Shown here piece by piece: positions 19,600 to 29,856 of a stretch of DNA of 64,000 nt. How positions within the stretch are numbered: position 1 is the first letter of the stretch; every line of letters begins with the position of its first letter. The stretch lies in IMG/VR virus record IMGVR_UViG_3300020037_009644, positions 1-64,000 of that record. One strand, 5' to 3'. Position numbers and translations under genes: made by a program. The DNA comes from a virus (lineage: Duplodnaviria; Caudoviricetes). Below the pieces are notes generated by a model that was given only the letters and a program-made list of their open reading frames with translations, did no database searches and was not told the origin of the DNA.

Positions 19600-20071
19600 C
19601 TTCTGAATAGAATTTTGAATCTCGTTCGGAAGTGGAAGTGAAGGAGGTTGATAAGCCAGCCATTGATTGAAGATTTTTAATCTTGAGGTCCAGCTCTTCT
19701 TTTTCTTTCATAACCTTATGAAGTTGATCCATAATTTCTTTTCGTTTCTTTTCATCAATAATGGCAGTTTGGTCTTTGATAAACCTTGCAATTTCTTCTT
19801 GAGATTTGTCGAAAGAAACATGCGGCGTTCCATTTGTTTTTACAGAATCTGCCACGTTGGTATTTAATACAAGGATATCGTTACTTTTATGAACTACGAT
19901 TTCCGAAATTTTAATCCCAGGATGCAGCTCAAAAACTTGACCGAGAAGCTTTAGTTTTTCGATGAACTCTTCTATGTCAATTGGATTTTTCATAGAAGAA
20001 AGCCTTGGATCGCTCTTATCCATTATTAACGCTCTCCTTTTTAGGTTGCTGTGAAGAGACAATCTCTGCAA
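19577..20071 (-). CDS. Hypothetical protein with C-terminal tag; paralog of 20016..20456 (start probably MDKSD)
   Basis: IE..+EKL..LG.VF+LHP and PHVSFDKS.EEI..FI shared; ends KFYSEVVKDLHV. Confidence 0.7.
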   Translation of the reverse strand: MQRLSLHSNLKRRALIMDKSDPRLSSMKNPIDIEEFIEKLKLLGQVFELHPGIKISEIVVHKSNDILVLNTNVADSVKTNGTPHVSFDKSQEEIARFIKDQTAIIDEKKRKEIMDQLHKVMKEKEELDLKIKNLQSMAGLSTSFTSTSERDSKFYSEVVKDLHV

Positions 20072-20456
20072 AGAATTTCTTGTCGTCGGATGACGGATCG
20101 ACGGTGCTGATCGAATTCATGGCTTGTTCAAGTTCTTTAATCTGTAGTTCAAGCTTTTCTTTTTCTTCTTTGATCTTCTGAAGCTTGTCAGAGCATTCTT
20201 TTTTCTTCTTGGAAGAAATTATCAACCTTTGCTCTTGGATGAACTTAGTAATCTCTTCTGAAGATTTGTCGAAAGACACGTGTGGAATATTTTTTGAAAC
20301 ATAATGTTCCGTCGTTGCATGGACGTTAAATATCAGATCTCCATCCTCAACGGCAACTATCATTTTAGATAAATTTTGGACAGGATGAAGATCAAAGACC
20401 CGACCTAAGCACCGTAGTTTTTCGACCAAATCTTCAATTTTAAATTGGTTTGCCAT
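20016..20456 (-). CDS. Hypothetical protein with C-terminal tag; paralog of 19577..20071
   Basis: Same shared blocks; KFFAEIV near the C-terminus. Confidence 0.7.
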   Translation of the reverse strand: MANQFKIEDLVEKLRCLGRVFDLHPVQNLSKMIVAVEDGDLIFNVHATTEHYVSKNIPHVSFDKSSEEITKFIQEQRLIISSKKKKECSDKLQKIKEEKEKLELQIKELEQAMNSISTVDPSSDDKKFFAEIVSSQQPKKESVNNG

Positions 20457-20457
20457 T

Positions 20458-21138
20458 TTAAACCTCGATGATAGAAATCGTTGTTGCTGAATTGATAAAG
20501 CTTTTTGTTGTCTTCGAGATCGGATCCGTTAAGATCTTTTTTCCGTGAGCCGAATGGATGTGACCGAAGAGAGAATAAGAAGGGTAGGATTCGAAGTCAT
20601 CTCGAATCCAATCCGAAAAATCTACAACCCCGTAGCTTATCCCTCTATAGCTGTCAAGAATTCCCTTGGGAGGTGAATGGGCAATAAAAAAATCGAGAGG
20701 TTTGTCGAGACTTGAAATTTGATTTTTGAGATGAGATACCATCCGGGTCATCTTTTCGGGGGGAAGCTCGAAGTTCCAGTCTCCTCCGGTCACGTTGATG
20801 TAGGGAAAGCCGTAAAAAGTCAATCCCTCCCACAAATAGAGCTTGTCATTTAAACACCTCGCTTTTGGAGCTCCGTTTTCGTTCAGCACTCTTTGAAAAT
20901 GAGAATCGATGTAGTCGTGATTCCCAGAGCAAAAGAAGAAGGGACGAGGTCCGATCCAGTTAACGATAGTATTTATTCGAGAAGCAAGCCAATCTTTTTG
21001 AAACTCTTTTTGAATTGATGGATTATCTCCGACGCAATTGGTAAAGAAGTCTCCGGAATGAATGACGAGGTCGCATTCGGGAATATCCGGAAAGAACCCA
21101 TGGGTATCACTAAGATGAACTATTTTCACAGATGCCAA
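20458..21138 (-). CDS. Calcineurin-like metallophosphoesterase
   Basis: SDTH, HSGD, GNHD, HSPP, GHIH. Confidence 0.9.
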   Translation of the reverse strand: MASVKIVHLSDTHGFFPDIPECDLVIHSGDFFTNCVGDNPSIQKEFQKDWLASRINTIVNWIGPRPFFFCSGNHDYIDSHFQRVLNENGAPKARCLNDKLYLWEGLTFYGFPYINVTGGDWNFELPPEKMTRMVSHLKNQISSLDKPLDFFIAHSPPKGILDSYRGISYGVVDFSDWIRDDFESYPSYSLFGHIHSAHGKKILTDPISKTTKSFINSATTISIIEV

Positions 21139-21586
21139 TTAAGTTGGAGTTGTTATAAAACAAATCTTGATACTCATCAATTTCAGATTGATGTTTGTCT
21201 ATTTTTCTTTGATATTTATTGTTTTCTAGATTTAGTCCGTGAGCTAAGCAAATTTTGATTAATTTCAATCGATCAGAGTGGTTTGTTTTATCGTATTGTT
21301 TGCCAAATTTTTTACGGAAGGATTTAAGATTTACCTCTCGACCCATATCATATCTCTCAGAAATACAAGATTGGTATTGGAGATCAAAATCATTTTGATC
21401 AGGATCAAAGTGCCAAGTATAACAATCAATATTTGTTCCGTAATCATTATGATATTCGCTGATTAAGAAAGCTAAATTTTGATCCGGAAACTCTAACATC
21501 TCTAAAACTTTGCCGATTTTATGGTATTCGAGATCGGCAGTGGTTGGAGAGCGATATGTAGGAATGTTATCGTTTTTTTCGGTCAT
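21110..21586 (-). CDS. Hypothetical protein, paralog of 10279..10839
   Basis: See 10279..10839. Confidence 0.6.
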   Translation of the reverse strand: MTEKNDNIPTYRSPTTADLEYHKIGKVLEMLEFPDQNLAFLISEYHNDYGTNIDCYTWHFDPDQNDFDLQYQSCISERYDMGREVNLKSFRKKFGKQYDKTNHSDRLKLIKICLAHGLNLENNKYQRKIDKHQSEIDEYQDLFYNNSNLIGICENSSS

Positions 21587-21999
21587 AAGCTATGTTCCTT
21601 GAGAAAATTGGAGTAAAAATCTTTGGCTGAATTATCGACCATAGAATCAACTGGTCTTTGCTTAGCTAAGGCTTTGATGACCCTCGGATCTCGTTGCCAC
21701 TCCTCAAAGGGGATTTGCTTATCATCCAGCCAATATTCAAATGCTGAGGCTGAAGACATTTGTTTAGCCCAACCAATTTCGTTGTGGTATTTGTTAGTTT
21801 GAACAAAGGCTATGTATCCAGACGAAATTTCTATTGCCGGTCCGTTGGTTCGGTGAATGATATAACAAAGATGATCTAAAAAATAGTAAATATCCCAACT
21901 GTTATTAATGTCAAATCTACGAGTTCTTCTATAAAGAAATTCTCCGCTATCGTTGACGTATTCAAGCTTTTCTTTAAGATCATCAACCCCATCGCTCAT
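21583..21999 (-). CDS. LHRxxGPA-repeat protein with C-terminal tag
   Basis: IHRTNGPA, YHNEIGWA, EYWLDD; ends DFYSNFLKEHSL. Confidence 0.7.
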   Translation of the reverse strand: MSDGVDDLKEKLEYVNDSGEFLYRRTRRFDINNSWDIYYFLDHLCYIIHRTNGPAIEISSGYIAFVQTNKYHNEIGWAKQMSSASAFEYWLDDKQIPFEEWQRDPRVIKALAKQRPVDSMVDNSAKDFYSNFLKEHSL

Positions 22000-22000
22000 T

Positions 22001-22543
22001 TTACCATTCCTTTCTTAGGTATGTTCGATGAAGAAGTCGATCATCTTTATCGTTGACCTCTTGGTATGAAGAAAAGAAATTGAAAGGCACCTGTGGAAAG
22101 AAAAGACCGTCTGATTCATTCCGAGATCCTGAATCGGTAACCCAGATTGAATTGAGAATGGTTAAATCTAAGACCTCGACCTTGGGATGAAGAAATCCAA
22201 GACTATAAATTTCAGCTCCGCCGATGATCCAGAGATCTTTCTTATCTTCATGAAGAGAGTTTTGTTTTTCATGTTCATCGACAGCAAGATCGAGCGATGA
22301 GAAAGATCGAATCGTTGTATTATTTGACCAACTTGAATTTCTCGAGATGACCCAATTCTCTCTCCCTGGCAATGGCTTTCCAATGGATTGATAGGTCTTT
22401 CTTCCCATGAGAATTCGGCTTCCCGTGGTTTTCTCCTTGAAGCGTCTGAGATCCTCGGGGACTTTCCAGGGAATCCGCATCTCACCGTCGATTTTATAGG
22501 CAAGAAGTCCGGTATAATCAACCGCCGCAATCATTCCAATCAT
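22001..22543 (-). CDS. folA: Dihydrofolate reductase
   Basis: IPW.VPEDLRRFKEKT, MGRKTYQSIGKPLPGRENWVIS, IIGGAEIY. Confidence 0.95.
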   Translation of the reverse strand: MIGMIAAVDYTGLLAYKIDGEMRIPWKVPEDLRRFKEKTTGSRILMGRKTYQSIGKPLPGRENWVISRNSSWSNNTTIRSFSSLDLAVDEHEKQNSLHEDKKDLWIIGGAEIYSLGFLHPKVEVLDLTILNSIWVTDSGSRNESDGLFFPQVPFNFFSSYQEVNDKDDRLLHRTYLRKEW

Positions 22544-23082
22544 TTTGAATTTCTTTCTTTTTGAGCAATGTTACCCTTGGTGTTTCCAATGGTCATGTGA
22601 AATTGGTGTCTCTCGTCCGGAGAAAAGGTGACCCCATGCTTAAGCTCGGGGAGTCCGACGCTTTTTCTGATCTCTCGAAGAGCTGGACACCTAATATCCA
22701 GCCAATAATACAAATCGGTATGATAAATTGTATTGCAATATTCGAAAGAAATAGCCGATCGATTGACCTCTCGAGATAGTTTTTGAAGAGCTTGTTGGTT
22801 CGTAACTCTTTCGTTGCGAATGACCGAAATGTGAGCTCTATATCGAGGGCGATTGAGATTGCGAACGTATTTTGGAATCATCGAGAAATAGTAGTCAACA
22901 ATCCCTTGATCTGCTTCGATGATCAGCTTGGAGAGTCCGTTATCCAAAATGGAAAAAGCCAGCCTACCGTGGGAGGTAAACCAGCTTGGACCGTCTTCGG
23001 AAAACTCACCAACATTTTTGAGAAGGCGTCCATCCATTGTCGTCATCCTCATCTTCATCTTCATTTTCTTGAGTTGAATCAA
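22540..23082 (-). CDS. 2H-phosphoesterase-like protein (start probably MDGRLL)
   Basis: Two Hx[ST] motifs, AHISV and FHMTIG, about 77 aa apart. Confidence 0.6.
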   Translation of the reverse strand: MIQLKKMKMKMRMTTMDGRLLKNVGEFSEDGPSWFTSHGRLAFSILDNGLSKLIIEADQGIVDYYFSMIPKYVRNLNRPRYRAHISVIRNERVTNQQALQKLSREVNRSAISFEYCNTIYHTDLYYWLDIRCPALREIRKSVGLPELKHGVTFSPDERHQFHMTIGNTKGNIAQKERNSK

Positions 23083-23466
23083 GATTTATCCACCCAGACT
23101 GATTGGACAAAGTCCGAATGACAACCGAAGAAATTCCTGATGATGCGCAAAAATCAATAAAGAAGCTTTCGAACTTGGTAATTTTTGAAAGACGGGAATC
23201 AGATTTCCGATCATCTTTTTGGACCGAGGAAACCCAAGAGGAAAATGATCGTGGAAGATAGGTCTGCTTGATGGAATCGTTCCCGAGATTAATGTTTAGC
23301 TCGAAAGGAATCTTGGATTCCTCCGATAGTTTGACCATCTTAGAGATAAGATCTTTGATTTCATCGTTCATATCCTTAAAAGATAAAGAAGTTTTGTCAA
23401 GTTTCTCTTGGTATTCGATGCAGAATTGTTCTCGTAAATTCATAATCTGTTCCTTTCTTCCCTTCA

Positions 23467-23467
<1 letters not shown>
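23006..23467 (-). CDS. Hypothetical protein with acidic GWxxSxxC C-terminus; paralog of the next gene
   Basis: VK+SE..KIPF...TY+P+S shared; ends GWTPSQKCW. Confidence 0.65.
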
Positions 23468-23994
<527 letters not shown>

Positions 23995-24010
23995 ATTTTA
24001 ACTCCTTTGA

Positions 24011-25030
24011 TTACAATATGATGTCGTGTGGTTTGCTCTCGGTCCAGCCGGCATTGGTCAAGACATAAAACTCTGGGTTTTTGCGAAGACTTTCGAGATT
24101 CTTGGCTCCTTGATAAGAACAGCAAGATGTCAATCCGTCAAGAAGGTGCTCGATAACCTTCGCCGCCGGACCCTGATAAGGAACCAATCCGGAAACTCCT
24201 TCGACGTGCTTATTCTTCAATGTGCTTGATCCGAAGTACCTTTTGAACTTCTTACCATCAACTGTAACCAGCTCCGATGGACTTTCGTCTGTCCCAGCAA
24301 GAAGCCGACCAATCATCGCCATCGAAGAAAAACAAAGAGACTTTCCAACGTCTCCAGCAAGCTTAATCCCACCGTCCGCCATAATGGCAACCCGATTGTG
24401 ATCAAAGGTATTTGCATTGAGATGGAGATCGTAGCATTCGGACAGAGCCGTCATTTGAGGAACTCCGTTGCCGGTTTGCAGTCTGGTCGAACAGGTTGCT
24501 CCGTTTCCAATTCCGCATTTAACAACGTCGATTCCGAGTTCGTAAAGAAAACGAGCTCCTTCGTAGGTTGCGACGTTGCCGGCAATGAGAAGAATTTCTG
24601 AGAGATCATTTCTTGAGAAGAGAGATTTGATGAACGAAGCTGCGCCGGAAGAATGGGCGTGAGCAACGTCGAGGCAGAGAATTCGACAACCTTCTGCAAT
24701 TGCTCGTTCGGCTCGAGCGAGATCTTCGCCCTTGATTCCGACCGAGATTCCAACAGAATTTTTCCGTGAGCATTGGCGAAACATCGCTAGCTGCTCCTCG
24801 ATCGAACAGAAACGATGAAGAAGAGCCATCCCTCCCATTTCTGAGACGAGATTAGCCATATCGGTTTCGGTCACAGCCTTCATGTTCGCCGAGCAGATTG
24901 GAATCTTGAACGAGAATCCCTTGGGAAGATGAGAGGTAAGATCGACATCCGTGTCTCGCGAGGAGACGTCGGTGAACTTAGGTTTTAGGAGGAGATCGTC
25001 AAAAGAATACCCTTGGGTTGTTCGAATCAT
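24011..25030 (-). CDS. IMP dehydrogenase / GMP reductase family protein, no CBS domains
   Basis: SFDDLLLKP, SANM, DVAHAHS, AGNVAT, KCGIGNGATCSTRLQTGNGVPQ, ADGGI. Confidence 0.9.
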   Translation of the reverse strand: MIRTTQGYSFDDLLLKPKFTDVSSRDTDVDLTSHLPKGFSFKIPICSANMKAVTETDMANLVSEMGGMALLHRFCSIEEQLAMFRQCSRKNSVGISVGIKGEDLARAERAIAEGCRILCLDVAHAHSSGAASFIKSLFSRNDLSEILLIAGNVATYEGARFLYELGIDVVKCGIGNGATCSTRLQTGNGVPQMTALSECYDLHLNANTFDHNRVAIMADGGIKLAGDVGKSLCFSSMAMIGRLLAGTDESPSELVTVDGKKFKRYFGSSTLKNKHVEGVSGLVPYQGPAAKVIEHLLDGLTSCCSYQGAKNLESLRKNPEFYVLTNAGWTESKPHDIIL

Positions 25031-25038
25031 ATGAGTTC

Positions 25039-25257
25039 TTATTTTTCTGAATTTAGATCTTTAGACAATTTGAAATACAAGCTTAAGCTCATAACAATAA
25101 TCATAGCATCTACGATATGTTCGTAGATGCTATGATGAGTAAATGTCGAAATCACAATGACAAAAGATATTGCTATTGACATGATCAATACAAAAAAGAA
25201 TTTAATTAAGTTCATTTTAGTTTTTCTTTTATTGATTGTGTAACAGAAACACAACAA
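25039..25257 (-). CDS. Small membrane protein (start probably MNLIK)
   Basis: Two hydrophobic segments. Confidence 0.45.
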   Translation of the reverse strand: MLCFCYTINKRKTKMNLIKFFFVLIMSIAISFVIVISTFTHHSIYEHIVDAMIIVMSLSLYFKLSKDLNSEK

Positions 25258-25347
25258 TCATGGTTGTAATATTCTTTACAACACATCCATTCGTCTTTGG
25301 TTGGATCGATCACAGAAATAGCAGTGGATGGTAAAATCTTTTTTCAT

Positions 25348-25422
25348 TGGTTGGAGATGATGGTTTCGACCCATCTTCCTGGAGGTCAAAGCTCCATATA
25401 TTAGCCACTATACGAATCTCCA
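25348..25422 (-). tRNA. tRNA-Gln(TTG)
   Basis: Acceptor UGGAGAU/AUCUCCA + ACCA; anticodon arm UGGAG-CUUUGAC-CUCCA; T-loop GUCGAAA. Confidence 0.85.
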
Positions 25423-25428
25423 ATAAGG

Positions 25429-25516
25429 CTCCTGTGATAGGTTTCGAACCTATGCCCTTTTACTTTCCCGATTTTCCCGAGGACTGCAAATGCTCCGCCA
25501 ACTAAGCTACACAGGA
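25429..25516 (-). tRNA. tRNA-like gene with an abnormal, extended anticodon arm (no assignable anticodon)
   Basis: Acceptor UCCUGUG/CACAGGA, D arm GCUU-AGUUGGCG-GAGC, T arm AUAGG-UUCGAAA-CCUAU; 22 nt enclosed by the anticodon stem. Confidence 0.7.
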
Positions 25517-25597
25517 GATAAAACGGGTATTTGTTTCGATTTGGCACAAAATTCCCAAAAGCCATTAGGTCAAGACATCGTATATCTTTGCGGAGAT

Positions 25598-26005
25598 CTA
25601 CGGAATTTTCTTGACCTGAATGTGACGAATCTCAGGTAGAGGAGGAGATACCTTCCGAATTGTCACTGTGAGTCTGCCGTTCTTGAGATCGGCAGAAATT
25701 GATTCTTGATCAAGATCGGATCGATTTTTTAGACTGAACGAGTGAGAGAAGTTGCAGTGTTGCCAAAGTTTGCCATCGAGATCCTCATCTTTGTGATGAC
25801 CTTCGAGATAGAGAATGCCATTTTCCACCTCGACGGAAATCTCGTCATCTTCGTATCCGGGAACATCAAGGACGAGGTAAAGATTTTTATCGTCTTCGTG
25901 TCGGTCAATGGGGTTGATAGAGGGCAAGGTTTGAATTTTTGGCATTCCAAGATCGACGCCCCAAAAACCACTGCCCATGATTTGCTCTAGAGTTGAATTT
26001 TGCAT
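25598..26005 (-). CDS. Small heat-shock protein (Hsp20/alpha-crystallin)
   Basis: LDVPG...ISVEVENGIL...F..SFSL...ISADLKNGRLTVTI.K...IQV. Confidence 0.9.
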   Translation of the reverse strand: MQNSTLEQIMGSGFWGVDLGMPKIQTLPSINPIDRHEDDKNLYLVLDVPGYEDDEISVEVENGILYLEGHHKDEDLDGKLWQHCNFSHSFSLKNRSDLDQESISADLKNGRLTVTIRKVSPPLPEIRHIQVKKIP

Positions 26006-26074
26006 AATAATGTCTCCCTTTGGTTAAATTGAGATTTGTTATTGATGTGATCAGATAACGCCAGGTCACATGAG

Positions 26075-26103
26075 ATAATAAGCGTCAAATAAACCCTGGT
26101 CAA
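26075..26103 (-). promoter_or_regulatory. Sigma70-type promoter upstream of Hsp20 and the tRNA pair
   Basis: TTGACC-17 nt-TATTAT on the minus strand. Confidence 0.65.
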
Positions 26104-26149
26104 GACCAAAATGATCGGCTGCACCAGATGTCTTTTTTGACATTTATAT

Positions 26150-26995
26150 GTGAGTAGATTAGCATCTTTGATTAAAATTGCCGAGAGTGAATCTCTGGGA
26201 CCACTTGCGTCTTGGGTTCAAAAAAGATTGAGCAATAAATCAATCGCCCCGGGATCTTTCAAAGAGGCTTACGCCAAATCAAAAGTTGGTCCCGAGAGAG
26301 AGAAGTTGGTCCTTGAAGCTGCATTGAAACAGGGCAAACCGAAGAATTTGGTTCCGATTAAAGTCGCCCTGCCAGACGGTGGTTCGGTCGAGTATTCGGT
26401 GATGCCGGATTACATTACTATCGATGGAGTTAGAGTAATGCTTTCAGGACAGACGGCTCAAAAGATTGCAGATGCTTTTGGAATGGTTCTTCCGACAAGG
26501 CAAATGTCGAAACAGATCTATAATGCTGCTGATGGAAAAGCTTTTGTGACCCCGTTTTCGGCATCAGGATTTACAGACGCCAACGGAAAATATTGGAGCG
26601 CCAAGGAATTTGCATTGAATAAAATTGGCGATGCGGATGGATCAATTCAGTTCAATCAAAACATTGATAAAGCTTTCGAGGGAAAGCCTGACGTCAAATT
26701 AAAAGCTGGATTCATGAAAGATATTACCCAGCCATCAAATGAAAATAAGCTGGGATTGTATGGTCTTTATTACAAAGACAAACCTATTCAAGATACAATA
26801 AGCACACCGCATGATATTAAATACCACAATGAATATGCTAGTAGTTTTCGGGGCGTAGATGGTAAAGTTAAAATAACCGCCCCAGACGGATCATCGAAAG
26901 AATTACCTATGGATCAAGCTATGAAGATTCCCGAAATAGCTAAAACTATTGGAGATCCTGGATCTAATTCTGTTCGACGTTACAATCTTGATTGA
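26150..26995 (+). CDS. Hypothetical protein, possibly virion-associated
   Basis: 281 aa lone plus-strand gene preceded by GACATT-N5-GTG. Confidence 0.6.
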   Translation: MSRLASLIKIAESESLGPLASWVQKRLSNKSIAPGSFKEAYAKSKVGPEREKLVLEAALKQGKPKNLVPIKVALPDGGSVEYSVMPDYITIDGVRVMLSGQTAQKIADAFGMVLPTRQMSKQIYNAADGKAFVTPFSASGFTDANGKYWSAKEFALNKIGDADGSIQFNQNIDKAFEGKPDVKLKAGFMKDITQPSNENKLGLYGLYYKDKPIQDTISTPHDIKYHNEYASSFRGVDGKVKITAPDGSSKELPMDQAMKIPEIAKTIGDPGSNSVRRYNLD

Positions 26996-27314
26996 TCGCC
27001 AAGAAATCGCTCCAAAAGAGTTTTGCTTTTTCTTCGGTAACAAATTGATCGTGCTCAATTTTAGTCACCCGCCGGTCGAAAAGATAATAAACTTTGTTTT
27101 CAGATGTTTTTGAAACAATGGCTGGTCCGTTGGCATTATGGCGCTTATTATCTTGGTAATATTCTTCGGTTGATTTGGTGATAACCGCCGGAGCATTAAT
27201 GCGATGCTTTATTGTGCCACCTTGGTCCTTGCAGTAGATAATAAGATTACCATAATTGAACTTATATGTTCCATCAGATTCACGGGTGATAACCAAATTG
27301 GTGCGTAAAGTCAT
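26964..27314 (-). CDS. LHRxxGPA-repeat protein with C-terminal tag
   Basis: KHRINAPA, RHNANGPA; ends LFWSDFLAINQDCNVEQN. Confidence 0.7.
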   Translation of the reverse strand: MTLRTNLVITRESDGTYKFNYGNLIIYCKDQGGTIKHRINAPAVITKSTEEYYQDNKRHNANGPAIVSKTSENKVYYLFDRRVTKIEHDQFVTEEKAKLFWSDFLAINQDCNVEQN

Positions 27315-27483
27315 TTAATTCTGCTCCGAACTTCTCCAATACATTAGGTCTACTTTCAACGGCTTCAAATTAATCAGTTTGGCTTGGAGATAGCCGTCGT
27401 GATCGTTGGGAAGATTCTTTCGCATTCCTTGAATAACCGCCTCGAGAATTTCTTTTTCGCTCAGTGAGATAACAATCATGCCC

Positions 27484-28167
27484 TCAATATATCGAGGAGA
27501 CGAACTTTTGGGAGGTTGGTTTGCCGAATTTCTCCTGCATGATTTGAATTTCAGAAGTTAAAGATCCAGAGGAAAGAGCATTTTCCAAATTAAAAAGATG
27601 AGTCTTCGCCCTGCCTCGAGAAAAGAGAGAAAATGAATCGAGATTTTCCTTAAGATCATCGACAAAGGTTACTCTCGAAAAATCAATTCCGGGAACTAGA
27701 TATTCGACGTCGCGGAAAAATTGAAGTTGGGGCTTTCTCGATCCGGTTTCGCAGGAGAAGATGGGGTGGTCAATAACTTTGTCGTTGAAAAGAGAGGCAA
27801 GACAATTTGCTTTTAGCTCGGACAGATGATCGACGCCCATGTTAGATGTCAAGCCGATCGAGAATCCCGATTTCTTCAGCTCGACGACGAAGGCAATCAT
27901 TTCCCGGCAAGGGGCGATGGCTTTGGTCCAAATATCGACAGCCTCGGAGGTTGCCTTTGACCATTTTGATAAAGAATAGAATTCATAAGCCATTCTGGTC
28001 ATTCCAAGATCGTTGGTCGCTTGAACCTTTTTAAGAAAGATGCTAATGTCCTCTTGAGAGACGCTAAGACACTCTGCCAATTTGGAAATAATTCCCTTAT
28101 GATCAAAGGTTATTAATACGTTGCCGACATCGAAGAAGATAATTTCTTTATTGGAGATTGAATTCAT
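27484..28167 (-). CDS. HAD-superfamily phosphatase
   Basis: FFDVGNVL, LTSN, RKP, FVDD..EN. Confidence 0.85.
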   Translation of the reverse strand: MNSISNKEIIFFDVGNVLITFDHKGIISKLAECLSVSQEDISIFLKKVQATNDLGMTRMAYEFYSLSKWSKATSEAVDIWTKAIAPCREMIAFVVELKKSGFSIGLTSNMGVDHLSELKANCLASLFNDKVIDHPIFSCETGSRKPQLQFFRDVEYLVPGIDFSRVTFVDDLKENLDSFSLFSRGRAKTHLFNLENALSSGSLTSEIQIMQEKFGKPTSQKFVSSIY

Positions 28168-29221
28168 GAATTATCCTTTGATCTAAAGTCATTTCCAAGC
28201 CGGGCTCTCGGCTTAATCGAGCTGGACTATAAGATCTGTTCAATGTTTCGTAAAGGGTATGGATTCCAAAAGATTTCATAAATTCGATTTGACCCAAATT
28301 TTTTCCAATTCGAGCCTGTTCGATAAATACGGCGTTGATAATTGTTTCGGGATCCTCGAGATTGGGGGCGAGGTTAATTTTTTCAATCTCGGGGTGGGAG
28401 AGAAGCTCAGATAATAGCTGGGTCTCACCTGAACAGAAGTACATTTCGCTCCTTGGAAGATCTTGAAGATCCTCTGCAACGGTAATTTTGGAGGTCTTGT
28501 AAATTTCCGCTGGGCGGTTGCAAAGAAGAGCCGCCCCTTTAACCAAATCTTCTTGAGAAAGCTTGGAAGATGTCCACGGCGCAATCCAAGAGAGCGGCTT
28601 AATGTCCAACCTTGCCCTGAACAATGGAGAGTAGATAAATCTCCTGGTTGGCTCGGCGTAGAACCTAAGATTTCTTCTGAAATTATAGAGCCGAAAAGAG
28701 TATCCGTCCTGATTGTCCCACCAAAGAGGAGACATCATGAAGTTCAATGAGCTAATATCCCAAGAGGGGATTTCGAGAGCTTTAGCGACGCAGAGCAAAA
28801 CCGGCTCTTGGTCGGTCACGATGAGATCCGGTGACCATTTTTTGACGCTTTCGAAGAGATCTCTGAAAGACTTGGCGTTGACCGTTGGAAGATAGATTTC
28901 TCGACCTATCAAATCCTCGTATGATTGAATTCGTTGGTTGGGAAGGTCGTAGAGAGGATCGGTAACCCAGTCTAGAAAAGGAACATTTTTAGATGCTCCC
29001 GAATGAGATTTAAGCGAAGAGGCAACCCGAAGCTCAAAAATTGGATTGAGATGAGAGAAGACCTCTCCAAGAAGAAAATGGGAAGAGAGCTGCTCTCCTG
29101 CTGAGAATAAGACCTTGAAATCTTTAGAAAGCTTTGTCTTAATCAAGATTCTTCGGATGAGGAATAAGCCGAACCGAAATGCTCTTGGATTACTGGGGTT
29201 ATCGCCTCGATGATTTTGCAA
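28148..29221 (-). CDS. Glycosyltransferase-like (GT-B) protein, divergent; start probably TTG near 29146
   Basis: PDLIVTDQEP...AKALEIP resembles GT-B N-domain signature. Confidence 0.5.
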   Translation of the reverse strand: MQNHRGDNPSNPRAFRFGLFLIRRILIKTKLSKDFKVLFSAGEQLSSHFLLGEVFSHLNPIFELRVASSLKSHSGASKNVPFLDWVTDPLYDLPNQRIQSYEDLIGREIYLPTVNAKSFRDLFESVKKWSPDLIVTDQEPVLLCVAKALEIPSWDISSLNFMMSPLWWDNQDGYSFRLYNFRRNLRFYAEPTRRFIYSPLFRARLDIKPLSWIAPWTSSKLSQEDLVKGAALLCNRPAEIYKTSKITVAEDLQDLPRSEMYFCSGETQLLSELLSHPEIEKINLAPNLEDPETIINAVFIEQARIGKNLGQIEFMKSFGIHTLYETLNRSYSPARLSREPGLEMTLDQRIIHEFNLQ

Positions 29222-29811
29222 AATAAATCGGCGGTCATTTTGGTATCAGCATCCGCTCGATGAGCTTTGGCTTTTTTGACACCGAAAGATTTCACCAGTT
29301 GACCGAGAGAATAACCAAGCCGGCGCTTGTTGTTGCAAACATCGACGATGATAGCTAATTGCTTGGTATCAATGATGCGATTATTTCTTTCGAGAGAAAA
29401 TGGGAAGGTTTGAGAGTTGCCGGTTTTATTCCAGAGAGCGGTCATCATAGCAACATCGAAGAAAGGATTTTGTCCGACGAAGATCCGATCAACCGAAGAG
29501 CATCCGTCTTCGGCAAGCCATTGTTCAATTTCGACAATAACTTCGTTGGCATCCCTGTATGTTTGTTTGCCGTATTCAGTTTGATGGGTGATATCCTCGA
29601 GGAGGTGACCGTTTATTTTTAAGGCAGCCTCTTCAATTGTTGAGAAGTCTAGAGGCTTTAAACACCAAGTTTTTTGCTCTTCTTCATAAGATCCTTTGTC
29701 GTTTTTTGTTAAACGAATCATGGATATTTCGATGATGTCATGTTTTTCAGCCAGAAGTCCGGTAGTCTCCGTGTCGCAAATTATGATTTGATATGACTGA
29801 TTGGTCATCAT
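29143..29811 (-). CDS. DEDDh 3'-5' exonuclease (second copy)
   Basis: DTETTG, GQNPFFD, IDT, HRADADT. Confidence 0.9.
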   Translation of the reverse strand: MMTNQSYQIIICDTETTGLLAEKHDIIEISMIRLTKNDKGSYEEEQKTWCLKPLDFSTIEEAALKINGHLLEDITHQTEYGKQTYRDANEVIVEIEQWLAEDGCSSVDRIFVGQNPFFDVAMMTALWNKTGNSQTFPFSLERNNRIIDTKQLAIIVDVCNNKRRLGYSLGQLVKSFGVKKAKAHRADADTKMTADLFCKIIEAITPVIQEHFGSAYSSSEES

Positions 29812-29856
29812 TTATCTTCTTTCTATGCGCGTTTATTTTAAACATCGAAAAGAAGA

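Noticed and set aside
25213-25347. Small ORF downstream of tRNA-Gln with a possible frameshift in an A-run
   Set aside because: It is too short, has no recognisable motif, and cannot be distinguished from noise.
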